From a bacterium (lineage in GTDB: Bacteria > Myxococcota_A > UBA9160 > SZUA-336), in NCBI GenBank assembly GCA_041498295.1, contig JBGQIB010000002.1, forward strand, positions 1,101-65,100: a stretch of 64,000 bases of DNA, given 5' to 3'. The notes under the pieces are model-generated. The model worked only from the letters and a program-made list of their open reading frames with translations. It was not told the origin of the DNA and made no database searches. A program made the position numbers and the translations under genes. Shown piece by piece: positions 37,459 through 47,663 of this stretch (its first letter is position 1; each line of letters opens with the position of its first letter).

Positions 37459-38190
37459 ATGAGCGCCAAGATCGAGGCGCAGCGCGTCTGCAAGCGCTTT
37501 GGCTCCGTGGTGGCGCTCGACGAGCTGTCGCTCGAGATCGCGCCCGGGGAGGTGTTTGGGCTCATCGGACCGAATGGCGCGGGCAAGACGACTTTCCTGC
37601 GCATCCTGACCGGCTACTGGCTCGCGTCGGACGGCGACGTGTTCGTCGACGGCCTCTCGGTCACGCGCGAGCGCTTCCGCGTGCAGGCGCGGCTCGGCTA
37701 CGCGTGCGAGCAGCCGAAGCTGTACGCGGATCACCGGGTCGACACGTTTCTCAAAATGATGGGCGAGCTGCGCGGTCTCTCGGGCGCGCGGCTGCGCGCA
37801 GCGACGGCGCTCGCGGTCGAGCGACTCGGGCTCGAGTCCGTCTTGAAGCGACGCATCGGCGTGCTGTCGAAGGGCTTCCGGCAGCGCGTCGCGCTCGCGC
37901 AGGCACTGCTGCACGAGCCCGCGTTGCTGGTGGTCGACGAGCCCACCGTCGGCCTCGACCCCGCGCAGCAGATCGAGCTGCGCCGCATCCTCGCCGGCTT
38001 CCGCGGGCAGCACACGGTGATCCTGAGCACGCACCAGCTGCACGAGGCCGAGATGCTCTGCGACCGCGTCGCCCTACTGGATCGCGGGCGGCTAGCCGCC
38101 CTTGCGACCGCGGATGAGATCCGCTCTGGCGGGAGCCTCGAAGCGCTGTTCCTAGCCAAGGTCGGGAGCCACGCCGGAGTCGCGCCGTGA
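37459..38190 (+). CDS. ABC transporter ATP-binding protein (GldA-like)
   Basis: Walker A GPNGAGKTT, signature LSKGFRQRV, Walker B LLVVDEP. Confidence 0.9.
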   Translation: MSAKIEAQRVCKRFGSVVALDELSLEIAPGEVFGLIGPNGAGKTTFLRILTGYWLASDGDVFVDGLSVTRERFRVQARLGYACEQPKLYADHRVDTFLKMMGELRGLSGARLRAATALAVERLGLESVLKRRIGVLSKGFRQRVALAQALLHEPALLVVDEPTVGLDPAQQIELRRILAGFRGQHTVILSTHQLHEAEMLCDRVALLDRGRLAALATADEIRSGGSLEALFLAKVGSHAGVAP

Positions 38191-38984
38191 CTCGGCGGCT
38201 GTGGGCGCTCGCGCGCAAGGAGCTGCGGCAGCTGTTCGCGTCGCCGATCGCGTACGTGGTGCTCACGGTGTACGTCGCGCTCACGGGTATCTACTTCTTC
38301 CAGCACCTGGTCAGCTACAACCAGCTGCTCTTCGTGTACCAGTCCGAAGGGATGACCGCGGGCGGCTTCGATCAGGGCACGGTGCCGAGTCAGATCAACG
38401 TGTTGAACGAAGTCTTCGTACCCTCGGCGGAGGACTTCGGCCTCTTCCTGCTCGTCGTGCTACCGCTGGTGACGATGCGCGTGTTCTCGGAAGAGCGCGC
38501 GAACGGCACCGACGAGCTGCTGCTCACGAGCGGATTGCGGCCGTACGAAGTCGCGCTCGCGAAGCACGGAGTCACTTACCTGTTCGTCATGCTGCTCTTG
38601 CTCGGCAGCGCGATCTACCCCGCGGTGGTGGTGCTGCGCGGCGGGCTCGGCTTCGAGCATCTCGTCGCGCTCTACTCGGGGCAGCTCTTCTACGGCTGTG
38701 CGGTCGCGTCGATTGGACTCGCATGCTCGTCGTTCACGTCGAGTCAGATCGTCGCCGCGGTGCTCGGCTACGCGATCCCGTTCGTGCTGCTCGACTTCGC
38801 GTGGCTCTCGAACACGGTGTCGGAGCACACGGCCGCGATCCTGCGCGAGGCCGCCCTGCTCTCGCACTACGGCTCGTTCGCGCGCGGCGTGATCGAGCTG
38901 CGCAACGTGGTGTACTTCGCGGGCATCACTGCGCTGGGCTGGCTCGCTTCGGTCGCGTCGCTCGAGCTTTCGCGGGCGCGCTAG
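38187..38984 (+). CDS. ABC-2 type transporter permease (GldF-like)
   Basis: Six hydrophobic segments. GTGA overlap with the ATPase gene. Confidence 0.85.
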   Translation: MTRRLWALARKELRQLFASPIAYVVLTVYVALTGIYFFQHLVSYNQLLFVYQSEGMTAGGFDQGTVPSQINVLNEVFVPSAEDFGLFLLVVLPLVTMRVFSEERANGTDELLLTSGLRPYEVALAKHGVTYLFVMLLLLGSAIYPAVVVLRGGLGFEHLVALYSGQLFYGCAVASIGLACSSFTSSQIVAAVLGYAIPFVLLDFAWLSNTVSEHTAAILREAALLSHYGSFARGVIELRNVVYFAGITALGWLASVASLELSRAR

Positions 38985-40541
38985 ATGGCTTTCCTGCCCG
39001 CCGCCGGCCTCGTGATGATCCTCGTCGGCGTGGGGTCGTACTACGCGACCCGCTCGCTGCACGGCCTCTCGGCATTCTCGAGCGCGAACCTCGCGCTCGG
39101 CCTGCTGCTGGTCGTGATCGGCGCGATCGCGCAGGCGCGCCGCTTCCGCGGCTTCTCGGGCACGGAGTCGCGGCGCGTGGTGCTGCGCTGGACGGCGATC
39201 CTGGTCGGCGCGTTGGCGCTCCTGGTCGGCGTCGACGTCTGGGCGAGCGCACTCACTGCGCGCATCGATCTCACCATCGATCGCCTGTACACGCTCTCGG
39301 AGCAGACGGTCGCGCTGTGCCGCGACCTGGAGCAGAGGCACGGCCCGCCCGTGCAGCTCGTGTTCTTCGAGGACGCGCTGCTCGCGAAGGACGTTCGGCT
39401 GCTGGTCGACGCCTACACAGATTCGTGTTCCCCGGTCGAAGTGCGCGACGCGAGCCGGCGCGAGCCACCCCAGGCCGCGCGCGACATCTATACGACCACC
39501 GCGACGACGGTGATCGCCTGCCGCGGCGACGTCTGCGATCCGGTCGGCTACCCGTCGGAGCGCAACATCACGAGCGCGATCGCGCGGCTCGCACGCGAGC
39601 ACGCGATTCGCGTGTACTTCACGATCGGGCACGGCGAGATCGACCTCGCGAGCGAGGCGGACACCGGTTACTCCGGCGTCGCGGCGCTGCTGCGCGACCA
39701 GGGGTTCGACCCGCAGGCGTTCGTCGGCCCCGCCTCGTCGGACGTTCCGGAGGACGCCGACCTGGTGGTCGTCGCGGCGCCCGAGCGCGACCTGATGCCC
39801 GAGGAGCTCGCGGTGCTCGACCGCTATCTCACGCGCGGCGGCCGCATGCTGGTGCTCGCTGACGCGGGCCAGCGTTCGAACTTCTACAGGGAGTTCCTGC
39901 CGAAGTGGGGTTTCTCGCTCGAGGACGCCGTCGTTCTGGACCGCGCCTCGAGCCCGCTCTTGAAAGACCCCAAGCCGGTGAACCTGCTCGTGCACCTGTT
40001 CGCGCCTTACAACCCGGTGACGCGCAATCTGTCGCAACGCACGATGGTCTTGTTGCCGCGCGCGCGTCCCGTCGCGCTCGGGCGCAAGCCGCAGCCCGAC
40101 GACAAGCTCGACCGCGCGGCGTTCGCGAGTCAGCGGGCGTGGCTCTCTCACGACGTGCCGCGCGCGCTCGCGGGCATCGAGAACTCGCCGCCCGACGGCG
40201 CGGATTCGCAGGAGATCTCGGTCGTCGCCACCGGCCGCTACCCGCGCGGCGGCGACGAGGACAAGGCGCAGCACGAGGCGCGCATCGTCGTGATCGGCAA
40301 CCGCGACTTCGCCTCGAACCGACTGCTCGAGGCGCTCTACAACCGCGATCTGCTCTTGAACGCAGTCCGCTGGCTCGGCAACGACGAGCAGCACATTGCC
40401 ATGTCCGACAAAGCCTGGACCCCGAACCAGGACCCGCTGACCCTGCAGCAGACGGTCGCGTACTTCTACTTCCTCGCCTTCGCGCTGCCCGAGTCGCTGT
40501 TGCTGCTGGGAATTTTTGCTTGGTGGCGGCTGCGCGCCTGA
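38985..40541 (+). CDS. GldG-like ABC-transporter-associated protein
   Basis: N- and C-terminal TM anchors with a large central domain, immediately after the permease (TAG-ATG juxtaposition). Confidence 0.75.
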   Translation: MAFLPAAGLVMILVGVGSYYATRSLHGLSAFSSANLALGLLLVVIGAIAQARRFRGFSGTESRRVVLRWTAILVGALALLVGVDVWASALTARIDLTIDRLYTLSEQTVALCRDLEQRHGPPVQLVFFEDALLAKDVRLLVDAYTDSCSPVEVRDASRREPPQAARDIYTTTATTVIACRGDVCDPVGYPSERNITSAIARLAREHAIRVYFTIGHGEIDLASEADTGYSGVAALLRDQGFDPQAFVGPASSDVPEDADLVVVAAPERDLMPEELAVLDRYLTRGGRMLVLADAGQRSNFYREFLPKWGFSLEDAVVLDRASSPLLKDPKPVNLLVHLFAPYNPVTRNLSQRTMVLLPRARPVALGRKPQPDDKLDRAAFASQRAWLSHDVPRALAGIENSPPDGADSQEISVVATGRYPRGGDEDKAQHEARIVVIGNRDFASNRLLEALYNRDLLLNAVRWLGNDEQHIAMSDKAWTPNQDPLTLQQTVAYFYFLAFALPESLLLLGIFAWWRLRA

Positions 40542-40556
40542 TCTAAGCTCCGCGCG

Positions 40557-41288
40557 ATGAAGACTCGCGCGCTCGCCGTTCTGTGTGTCTGGTTCGTCGC
40601 CTCGCTGGCCGGCTGCTCCAAGCAGGCCGAGAAGGATCTCGCCGAGATCCGCGCGAAGCAGGACGAGATTCTCGCAAAGCTCGGCTCGATCGAGGAAGGG
40701 CAGAAGAAGCTCGCCAGCGCGCAGCGACCGCAGGGCCCGGCGTCCGAGGACTTCGACAAGGTCTACGCGATCGGCATCGACACATCGCCGGTGCGCGGCG
40801 ACGCGAACGGACCGGTCACGATCGTCGAGTTCTCCGACTTCCAGTGCCCGTTCTGCGCGCGCGCGGCGCCGCTGCTCGAGGAGGTTCTGAAGAAGTACCC
40901 GAAGGGCGTGCGCTTCGTGTACAAGCAATTCCCGCTGCCGATGCATCCGGTGGCCCGGGCCGCGGCCCACTGGTCGATGGCGGCGCAGGAGCAGGGGAAG
41001 TTCTGGGAGATGCACGACGTGCTGGTGCAGAACCAGCCGACGCTCGACGCGGCGAAGGCCGAGGCCTACGCGAAGCAGGCGGGCCTCGACGTGAAGCGCT
41101 TCAAGAGCGACCTCGAGAAGAACAGCGCGGCCTACGACAAGCGCATCGACGCGGAGATACAGCTCGGCACCACCGTGGACGTGCGCGGCACGCCGACGCT
41201 CTTCATCGGCGGCAAGAAGGTGCGCACGCGCACGCTCGATGGCATGAGCGCGATGATCGACGGCGAGCTCGCGAAGCCGCCGAGCTGA
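40557..41288 (+). CDS. DsbA-family thiol:disulfide oxidoreductase lipoprotein
   Basis: Lipobox LAGCS. CPFC active site (FSDFQCPFCARAAP). Confidence 0.85.
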   Translation: MKTRALAVLCVWFVASLAGCSKQAEKDLAEIRAKQDEILAKLGSIEEGQKKLASAQRPQGPASEDFDKVYAIGIDTSPVRGDANGPVTIVEFSDFQCPFCARAAPLLEEVLKKYPKGVRFVYKQFPLPMHPVARAAAHWSMAAQEQGKFWEMHDVLVQNQPTLDAAKAEAYAKQAGLDVKRFKSDLEKNSAAYDKRIDAEIQLGTTVDVRGTPTLFIGGKKVRTRTLDGMSAMIDGELAKPPS

Positions 41289-41295
41289 TCCGCGC

Positions 41296-42006
41296 CTAAC
41301 TCGCCTTCACGAGCTCCGCTTCGAACGCGCGAATGCGCGCCGCGTTCGCGCCGAGGTCGCTCTGGCCGACGCGCGAGCGCGAGCGCAGATCGACGCGCGA
41401 GCCCGCGCCGTCTGGCCGCACGCGAATCACGATGTCGTCGACGAAGTGAAAGAGCTTCGAGGTCGCGATCGCCTCGATGCGTCCGCTCTCTAGGTCGGCA
41501 TTCGTCACGTTCCAGCCGGGCAGCTTCTCCGCCACCGCCTTGGCGCGCGCGAACGCTTGTTCCGGCGGCACGTCGAGAACGACGGGCGCGATGTCCGGGT
41601 AGCCGCTCTTCTGCAGCCCCTCGACGACCTCGCGCTGCTCGGCCGGCGGGTCCTGATTCGATGATGCAGCAGCTACATCGGGCGTGAACTCAATCCGATC
41701 CGCGAGGTCGGTGGAGATGTCGTGGATGGCCGGGACCTTCGACAGGCTGGCCAGCGCGAGTACTGGCAGGCCAACCAGCAGGGGCACGATCGCGGCGCGC
41801 ACAGCGCGCGGGCGCCACGGCTTGTTGGCCACGGTTGCGTACGCGGAAGCGGCGGCCAGCCCGATCCCGAACACGACTCCGACGAGAACCGCGAGCAGCA
41901 CCAAGCTGAAACCCACGAGACCGGGCAAGACGTGAAAGAACGCCAACAGCGGACCGAGGATCAGCAGAGACACGATGACGAACGTCGGCGCGGACCAGAG
42001 TCGCTC
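41296..42006 (-). CDS. DUF1499-like membrane-anchored protein
   Basis: Real start is MERLWSAP at 42006. The upstream part of the ORF-track entry is an Arg-rich extension. Confidence 0.6.
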   Translation of the reverse strand, partial: ERLWSAPTFVIVSLLILGPLLAFFHVLPGLVGFSLVLLAVLVGVVFGIGLAAASAYATVANKPWRPRAVRAAIVPLLVGLPVLALASLSKVPAIHDISTDLADRIEFTPDVAAASSNQDPPAEQREVVEGLQKSGYPDIAPVVLDVPPEQAFARAKAVAEKLPGWNVTNADLESGRIEAIATSKLFHFVDDIVIRVRPDGAGSRVDLRSRSRVGQSDLGANAARIRAFEAELVKAS

Positions 42007-42075
42007 CATGGGACTTCCCTCCTGGCTCGCGATTGTACCGTGCGGCAAGCTGGACGGTGGAGATCCGTCCCTGAA

Positions 42076-42969
42076 GTGACCCACGATCACAAGCACGCGC
42101 ACGGCTCGGACTCGCTCGCGCTGTGGCGCGCGTTCGCGCTGACGGCGGTGGTGCTCGTGGTCGAGGCCGTGGGCGGGTGGCTCACGGGCTCGGTCGCGCT
42201 GCTCGCGGACGCAGGTCACATGCTCACGGACGCCGGTGCCCTGGGGATCGCGCTGTTCGCCGCGTGGGCGGCGAATCAACCGCGCGGCCGTCGACACAGT
42301 TTTGGGTACGGCAGAGCCGAGGTCTTGGCGGCGCTGCTGAACGGGCTCCTGCTCGGGGGCGTGTCGGTCGGCATCGCAGTCGAGTCGTTCACGCGGCTCG
42401 GCTCACCCCACGACGTGCACGCGGCCACGATGTTGGCAATCGCCGCGCTCGGCCTCGCCGCCAATCTGGTTTCCGGTTCGCTCCTGTTGCGCGGCGCGCG
42501 CACCAGCTTGAACGTGCGCGCCGCGCTGGTTCACGTCGGTGGCGACGCGCTCGGCTCCGTCGCGGCCATGGCCGCGGCCGCCGCGATCCTGGCGTTCGGC
42601 TGGGACAAGGCGGACGCGATCGCGGGTCTGGCGATCGCGCTGCTCCTGGTCGTCTCTGCGCTGCGCCTGATCCGCGACTCCGTCGACATCCTGCTCGAGG
42701 GCGCACCGCGGCACCTCGACCTCGACGAGATCGCCGAGTGCGTCCGCGCCGTACCCGGCGTGGCGCGCATCCACGATCTGCACATCTGGACGGTCGCCAG
42801 CGGCTTCCCGGCCATGAGCGCGCACGTCGACCTCCAGCATGGCGCGGATCCAGAGGCGGTCCGGCGCGCCGTTCACCGCCTGCTTCACCAGGAATACGAG
42901 GTTGCGCACACGACAATTCAGACGGAGTCTGCGCCGCCCCTGCTGCAGGTCGACGGTCCGCGGCTATAA
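42076..42969 (+). CDS. cation diffusion facilitator (CzcD-like) metal efflux transporter
   Basis: His-rich N-terminus (HDHKHAHGS), six TM helices and a C-terminal cytoplasmic domain. GTG start at 42076. Confidence 0.85.
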   Translation: MTHDHKHAHGSDSLALWRAFALTAVVLVVEAVGGWLTGSVALLADAGHMLTDAGALGIALFAAWAANQPRGRRHSFGYGRAEVLAALLNGLLLGGVSVGIAVESFTRLGSPHDVHAATMLAIAALGLAANLVSGSLLLRGARTSLNVRAALVHVGGDALGSVAAMAAAAAILAFGWDKADAIAGLAIALLLVVSALRLIRDSVDILLEGAPRHLDLDEIAECVRAVPGVARIHDLHIWTVASGFPAMSAHVDLQHGADPEAVRRAVHRLLHQEYEVAHTTIQTESAPPLLQVDGPRL

Positions 42970-42981
42970 TGCCGCCGCTCG

Positions 42982-43251
42982 ATGTCCAAAAAAGATCTGA
43001 TCACAGTCAGCGGTGCGATCGCGAAAATCCTCGGCGGCGGGCGCTATCTCGTCCGGCTCGAGAACGGCAGCGAGATCACCGCGCAGCTCTCGGGCCGCAT
43101 GCGGCGCTTCCACATCCGCGTGATCCAGGGCGATCGCGTGCAATGCGGCGTGTCCCCGTACGACCCATCGCACGGGTTCATCACGTACCGCGAGCCGCCC
43201 GGCGGCGCGCCCCGCCCCGAAGGCGCGCCCGGCAGCCCCGCGAAGACCTAG
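42982..43251 (+). CDS. infA: translation initiation factor IF-1 with a ~17-aa Pro/Gly/Ala-rich C-terminal extension
   Basis: MSKKDLITVSGAIAKILGGGRYLVRLENGSEITAQLSGRMRRFHIRVIQGDRVQCGVSPYDPSHGFITYRE is the IF-1 S1 fold. Confidence 0.85.
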   Translation: MSKKDLITVSGAIAKILGGGRYLVRLENGSEITAQLSGRMRRFHIRVIQGDRVQCGVSPYDPSHGFITYREPPGGAPRPEGAPGSPAKT

Positions 43252-44375
43252 GCGGTCGCGCGCAGCGCGCGGCCGATCTTCTTCCGCCCGCGGTTGAGCT
43301 CGGACAGCTCGACCATCGCCGCGTCGGCGACTTCCTGCCCGACGACCTCGTCGCGCTCGCGCGCGAGCTCGTCCATGTCGACCCACAGCGCGTAGGTCGA
43401 GCGCGTGCGCTCGGTGATGATCCCGGCCTTGAACAGGGTCTTGATCAGGACGCGGAAGATGTTGGTGCTGCGGGTCATCGCGGAGCGGCGGTCGGCGTCC
43501 GTGAACGCCTCGAGCACGGCGCTGCGCACCCACTGCCAGTCGAGGCCGAAGCGCGTGTAGATGTGCTGCTTCTGCTCCGAGTTCACGAGGTTGAAGAGCA
43601 GCGTCTGGAAACACTTCGCGGCCCACGCCTCGACCCGCTCGTGCTCCTCCTCGCTGAGCTTCGGCACGGTGCGCTCGGCCCAGATCTTCCCGAAGCGGTG
43701 GTGAAACGCTTCGTCGGTCATGACGAGCTGCACGGTGCGGCGCAGCAGCGGATCTTCGGTGAGCGAGTGAATCGTCGCGAAGGCGCCCATCGCGAGCCCT
43801 TCGACGAGCATCTGCATGCCGACCAGCTTCTTGTACACCTCGGGCGCGAGCACGAGCTCGTTCAAGAGACTGCCGAGCGTGTTCCCGACGGGAAGCGGCG
43901 TGCCCCAGCGCGCCTGCACGTAGCGCGAGAACGCGGTCACGTGGCGCGCCTCCTCGCGCGCCTGATTCGCGGCATATTCCTGAGCGCCCGGATCGCGCAG
44001 GATCTGACACAGCGAGACGGAGAGCGAGAGCGCGCCCTGCTCGCCGTGAAGGATCGACGAGAGCGCGAAGCGCGTGCTCTCGTTCGCGAGCTCGATCTGC
44101 TGCTGGTTCGTCAATCGATCCGCGACCGCGCAGTTCAGCTCGACGGTGAACTCGCGCGGCATGAGCAGTCGCTCGCGCACGTCGAAGGGCGTCGAGAAGT
44201 CGACGTACGCGGGGTCCAGCGGATCCCAGAAGTGGTCCTCGGTGGCCGAGATGATCTGGTCGAAGGCGTCGCTGCGTTCGCCGTAGCGCTCGACCTCGAT
44301 CATCGAGAGAAAGTCGTCGCGCTCGACGGTGTTGTACGCGGCGTTGTGCGTGATGTGACTCGACGGGTTCATGGC
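43248..44375 (-). CDS. ferritin-like diiron oxygenase, AurF-like (p-aminobenzoate N-oxygenase family)
   Basis: Two ExxH diiron motifs (QAREEARHVTAF and DEAFHHRFG). Start at MNPSSHITH (44375). Confidence 0.65.
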   Translation of the reverse strand, partial: AMNPSSHITHNAAYNTVERDDFLSMIEVERYGERSDAFDQIISATEDHFWDPLDPAYVDFSTPFDVRERLLMPREFTVELNCAVADRLTNQQQIELANESTRFALSSILHGEQGALSLSVSLCQILRDPGAQEYAANQAREEARHVTAFSRYVQARWGTPLPVGNTLGSLLNELVLAPEVYKKLVGMQMLVEGLAMGAFATIHSLTEDPLLRRTVQLVMTDEAFHHRFGKIWAERTVPKLSEEEHERVEAWAAKCFQTLLFNLVNSEQKQHIYTRFGLDWQWVRSAVLEAFTDADRRSAMTRSTNIFRVLIKTLFKAGIITERTRSTYALWVDMDELARERDEVVGQEVADAAMVELSELNRGRKKIGRALRATA

Positions 44376-45067
44376 GGCCCTCCTCGGATGCCCGAGAGTT
44401 GGAGATCGACCAAGGTCTCGAGAACCACGGCGCGCGGCGCGCGCCCCGGAGTTTCCGCCCACCAGGTGACGACGCGCGCCCACATGCCGACGATCGCTTG
44501 GGCCATCACCGCGGGGTGTGGGCCGGCCTTTCCCTTGCCGCGCTGCGCGCTGATCTCGCGCTCCAGGCGCGCGACCAGTTGGTCGAGCGCGTCCGCGCCG
44601 ACGCCTAGCGCCTCGGCACCGCGCCCGAACGCCAGGCGCACGAGCTCGCCGTGCTGCTCGGCGAAAGAGAGCAGCACCTCTGCGCGCGCGCGCGCCGCCG
44701 CTTCCGGGCGCTCGCGCAGCGGATGCACGGCGCTCTCGAGGCGCGACTCGAGCTCCGCGACCGCCTCGAAGACGAGCTCGCGGAACAGCTCTTCCTTGTC
44801 GCGGAAGTGCAGGTAGAACGTGCCCGCGGCGACTCCGGCCGCGTCCGCGATGTCGTGGCTGGTGACCGAATGCAGCCCGCGCGCGGCGAGCAGCTTCTGT
44901 CCGCTCGCGCGCAGCCGCGCGCGCGTCGCCGCGCGGGCGCGCTCCGCCGCGCGGCCGCCACGTGAATCCGCCGCGCGACCGCTGCCCTGGGCGCGACCGC
45001 CCGTCGCCGACGCGCGGCGCGGGCTGCGACTGCGCGATCGACTGACAGCCATGTCAGTGGATGACAT
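44369..45067 (-). CDS. TetR family transcriptional regulator
   Basis: HTH region LLAARGLHSVTSHDIADAAGVAAGTFYLHFRDKEELF. Confidence 0.8.
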   Translation of the reverse strand: MSSTDMAVSRSRSRSPRRASATGGRAQGSGRAADSRGGRAAERARAATRARLRASGQKLLAARGLHSVTSHDIADAAGVAAGTFYLHFRDKEELFRELVFEAVAELESRLESAVHPLRERPEAAARARAEVLLSFAEQHGELVRLAFGRGAEALGVGADALDQLVARLEREISAQRGKGKAGPHPAVMAQAIVGMWARVVTWWAETPGRAPRAVVLETLVDLQLSGIRGGPP

Positions 45068-45113
45068 TACCGTCAGTCGCCTCCCGGGGTCAAGCCGGTG
45101 CTAGAGTCGGCGC

Positions 45114-45476
45114 GTGTCCGGGGAAGCGAACAAAGCCGTCGCCCGGCGCTACTTCCAGGCGATCGAGGCCGCCGACTACGCGGCGATCGAAGGCCTGCTC
45201 GCCGACGAAGTTCGCTTCCGGCTCCCGCCCTCGGTTCCCGATTTTGCTCCGCTCGCGAACCGGCACGACGTGTTGGGCAACCGGGGCCGCGCGAAGGCGA
45301 GCGCCGCGGACTACGAGAATCACTACCACTTCCCGTTCGTGATTCGCGCTCGGAAGATCGCCGCGTTCCACGAGCACCTCGACGCGCTGTACGCGGTTCG
45401 CGCGCTCTTCGAGCCGGCCGGGATCGTCGCGCCCGAGGACGTGACCTGGCTGCCCGAAGCGAGCGGGTCGGGCTGA
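45114..45476 (+). CDS. SnoaL-like/NTF2-fold protein
   Basis: NKAVARRYFQAIEAADYAAIEGLLADEVRF is a typical SnoaL_2 N-terminus. Confidence 0.6.
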   Translation: MSGEANKAVARRYFQAIEAADYAAIEGLLADEVRFRLPPSVPDFAPLANRHDVLGNRGRAKASAADYENHYHFPFVIRARKIAAFHEHLDALYAVRALFEPAGIVAPEDVTWLPEASGSG

Positions 45477-45480
45477 CTCG

Positions 45481-46692
45481 ATGCGCGTCGCGATCGTCGG
45501 CGCGGGTCCGGCTGGCGCGGCGCTCGCGTTCATGCTCGCGCGCCGCGGCATCGCGGTGACTCTGGTCGAGCGGCAGAGCGACTTCGCGCGCGAGTTCCGC
45601 GGCGAGGGCCTCATGCCGGGCGGCGTGGAGGCGCTCGCTCAAATGGGGCTCGGCGCCGATCTCGAGTCACTTCCGCAGGCGCGCATCGAGGCGCTGGACG
45701 TCTACCTGAACCGACGCCACCGGCTACACATCGATGCGTCGGCGCTTCCGCCGGAAACTCCCCTGCCCCGATTCGTGTCGCAGCCGGCGCTGCTGGAGAT
45801 GCTCGTGGCGCAGGCGGGGAAGTACGCGGGCTTCGAGCTGCTGCGCGGTGCGAGCGTGCGCGACCTGATGCACGGCGCGGGGCGAGTCACCGGCCTGCGC
45901 GTCGACGGGGCGGGCGGAACGCGCGAGCTGCCCGCCGACTTCGTGATCGGCTGCGACGGCCGCGCGTCGCTCGTTCGCAAGCGCGCGAATCTGGAACGCC
46001 CGCGCGAAGCGCAGGGGTTCGACGTCGTCTGGTGCAAGCTGCCGCTGCCGCCCTTCATGCGCGGGCGCCTGCGCGGCTGCGTCGGTCGCGGCCACCTCGC
46101 GATCGTCTTCGAGGCGCCCGACGGCCTGCTTCAGCTCGGCTGGGCGATCGACAAAGGAACCTACGGCGACATTCGCCGCGCCGGAATCGAGCACTGGATC
46201 GAGGAGCTCGCAGCGACCGTGCCCGACGACCTCGCGGGCTGGATCCGCGGGCACGCGCGCGAGGTGAGTCAGCCATTCGTGCTCGACGTCGTCTGCGATC
46301 ACCTCGACGTGTGGAGCGCCCCGGGTGTGCTCTTGCTCGGCGACGCGGCGCACCCGATGTCGCCGGTCGGCGCGCAGGGCATCAACATCGCACTGCGCGA
46401 CGCGGTGGTCGCCGCGAATCACTTGGGCCCCGCCCTGCTGCGCGGCGACACGCCCGACGAGCTCGACCGCGAGGCGCGGCGCATCAGCGAAGAGCGCTTG
46501 CCCGAGGTGAAGGAGATTCAGGCGCTGCAGAGGGGCGCGCCGGCCGTGCTGTTCCAGCGCACGCTCGGCGCACGCCTGCTGATGGGCATCGTCGTGCCGT
46601 TCGCGCTGCGCACGGGCCTCGCGCGCCTCGCCGTCGCGCGCGTCTTCCCGCGCTTCGCGCGCGGGACCCGAGCCGTCCGCCTGGAGTTTTGA
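45481..46692 (+). CDS. FAD-dependent monooxygenase (UbiH/aromatic-ring hydroxylase-like)
   Basis: GxGxxG (VAIVGAGPAGAALA), DG motif (VIGCDGRASLVR) and GD motif (LLGDAAHPMSPVGAQGIN). Confidence 0.85.
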   Translation: MRVAIVGAGPAGAALAFMLARRGIAVTLVERQSDFAREFRGEGLMPGGVEALAQMGLGADLESLPQARIEALDVYLNRRHRLHIDASALPPETPLPRFVSQPALLEMLVAQAGKYAGFELLRGASVRDLMHGAGRVTGLRVDGAGGTRELPADFVIGCDGRASLVRKRANLERPREAQGFDVVWCKLPLPPFMRGRLRGCVGRGHLAIVFEAPDGLLQLGWAIDKGTYGDIRRAGIEHWIEELAATVPDDLAGWIRGHAREVSQPFVLDVVCDHLDVWSAPGVLLLGDAAHPMSPVGAQGINIALRDAVVAANHLGPALLRGDTPDELDREARRISEERLPEVKEIQALQRGAPAVLFQRTLGARLLMGIVVPFALRTGLARLAVARVFPRFARGTRAVRLEF

Positions 46693-46706
46693 GCTCGCGG
46701 CCGCCC

Positions 46707-47663
46707 TCAGTCGCCGCGGGCGACGAAAGCGGGGGTCGTGATGCGCGTGGGCACGCCGATGCGCTTCTGGCCGGCGCGCTCGACGAGCGCCCAGTCGATG
46801 CGCTTCGCCTGTTTGCCGGCGGCGCGCGTCACCAGCTCGCGCAGCCCCGTGGCCGGGCGCACGGCAGCGAGCTTGCCGTTCTCGTCGAGCTCGAGTGACT
46901 GGTCTTGGTCGGGATTCACTTCGAGGTAGAGCTCGCCCGCGATCCAGCCGAGCTTCACCGGCTCGTTCACGACGCGCACCGGCGTGCCGAGCGCGACGCT
47001 CGCGTAGAGCGCCGCGATGTCGTCCGGGTAGAGGCGAATGCAGCCACGGCTCGAGTGCCGCCCCACGCCGGCCGGCAAGTTCGTGCCGTGGATCAGATAG
47101 GACGGCCAGCCGAGATACAGCGCGTACTCGCCCAGCGGGTTCGCGGGCCCGGGCGGAATCGCGTTCGCCAAGGTCGGGTCGTCACGGTGGGCCGATTCGC
47201 CGGGCACCCAGGTGGGCTTTTCTTTCTTCGCCTTCACCATGGTGACACCGAGCGGTGTCGCGTAGCCGTCCTTCGCGATGCCGATCGGATAGGCGCGCGG
47301 GGCTCCGCCCTTCGCGAAGTAGTAAAGGTGCAGGTCGCCGGTGTTCACGACGATGCCCTCGCGCTTCCCGCTCGGCAGAAGGCGCGCCGCCGGCACGGTG
47401 AGCCGCCTCTCGCCCGGCAGCCAAGGGTCGACGCCGGGGTTCGCGGCGAGCAGCTCCACGTAGCCGACACCGAGCTCGGGCGCGAGATCGATCAGCGTGT
47501 CTTCCGCGCGTGTCTCGCGAAACGAGAGCTTGCCGACCAGGTCGGGCGATGCGGGCGGGCGCTCGAGCAAGTAGTGCGGCGGCTCCGGCGCGCGCGCGCA
47601 CGCCCAGACGAACAAGAGCACGAGCGCCGCGCTAGCGACGGATCTCGATCGGTGTTCCGTCAT
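46707..47663 (-). CDS. L,D-transpeptidase (YkuD domain) with signal peptide
   Basis: HGTNLPAGVGRHSSRGCIRL catalytic His/Cys motif. Confidence 0.8.
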   Translation of the reverse strand: MTEHRSRSVASAALVLLFVWACARAPEPPHYLLERPPASPDLVGKLSFRETRAEDTLIDLAPELGVGYVELLAANPGVDPWLPGERRLTVPAARLLPSGKREGIVVNTGDLHLYYFAKGGAPRAYPIGIAKDGYATPLGVTMVKAKKEKPTWVPGESAHRDDPTLANAIPPGPANPLGEYALYLGWPSYLIHGTNLPAGVGRHSSRGCIRLYPDDIAALYASVALGTPVRVVNEPVKLGWIAGELYLEVNPDQDQSLELDENGKLAAVRPATGLRELVTRAAGKQAKRIDWALVERAGQKRIGVPTRITTPAFVARGD

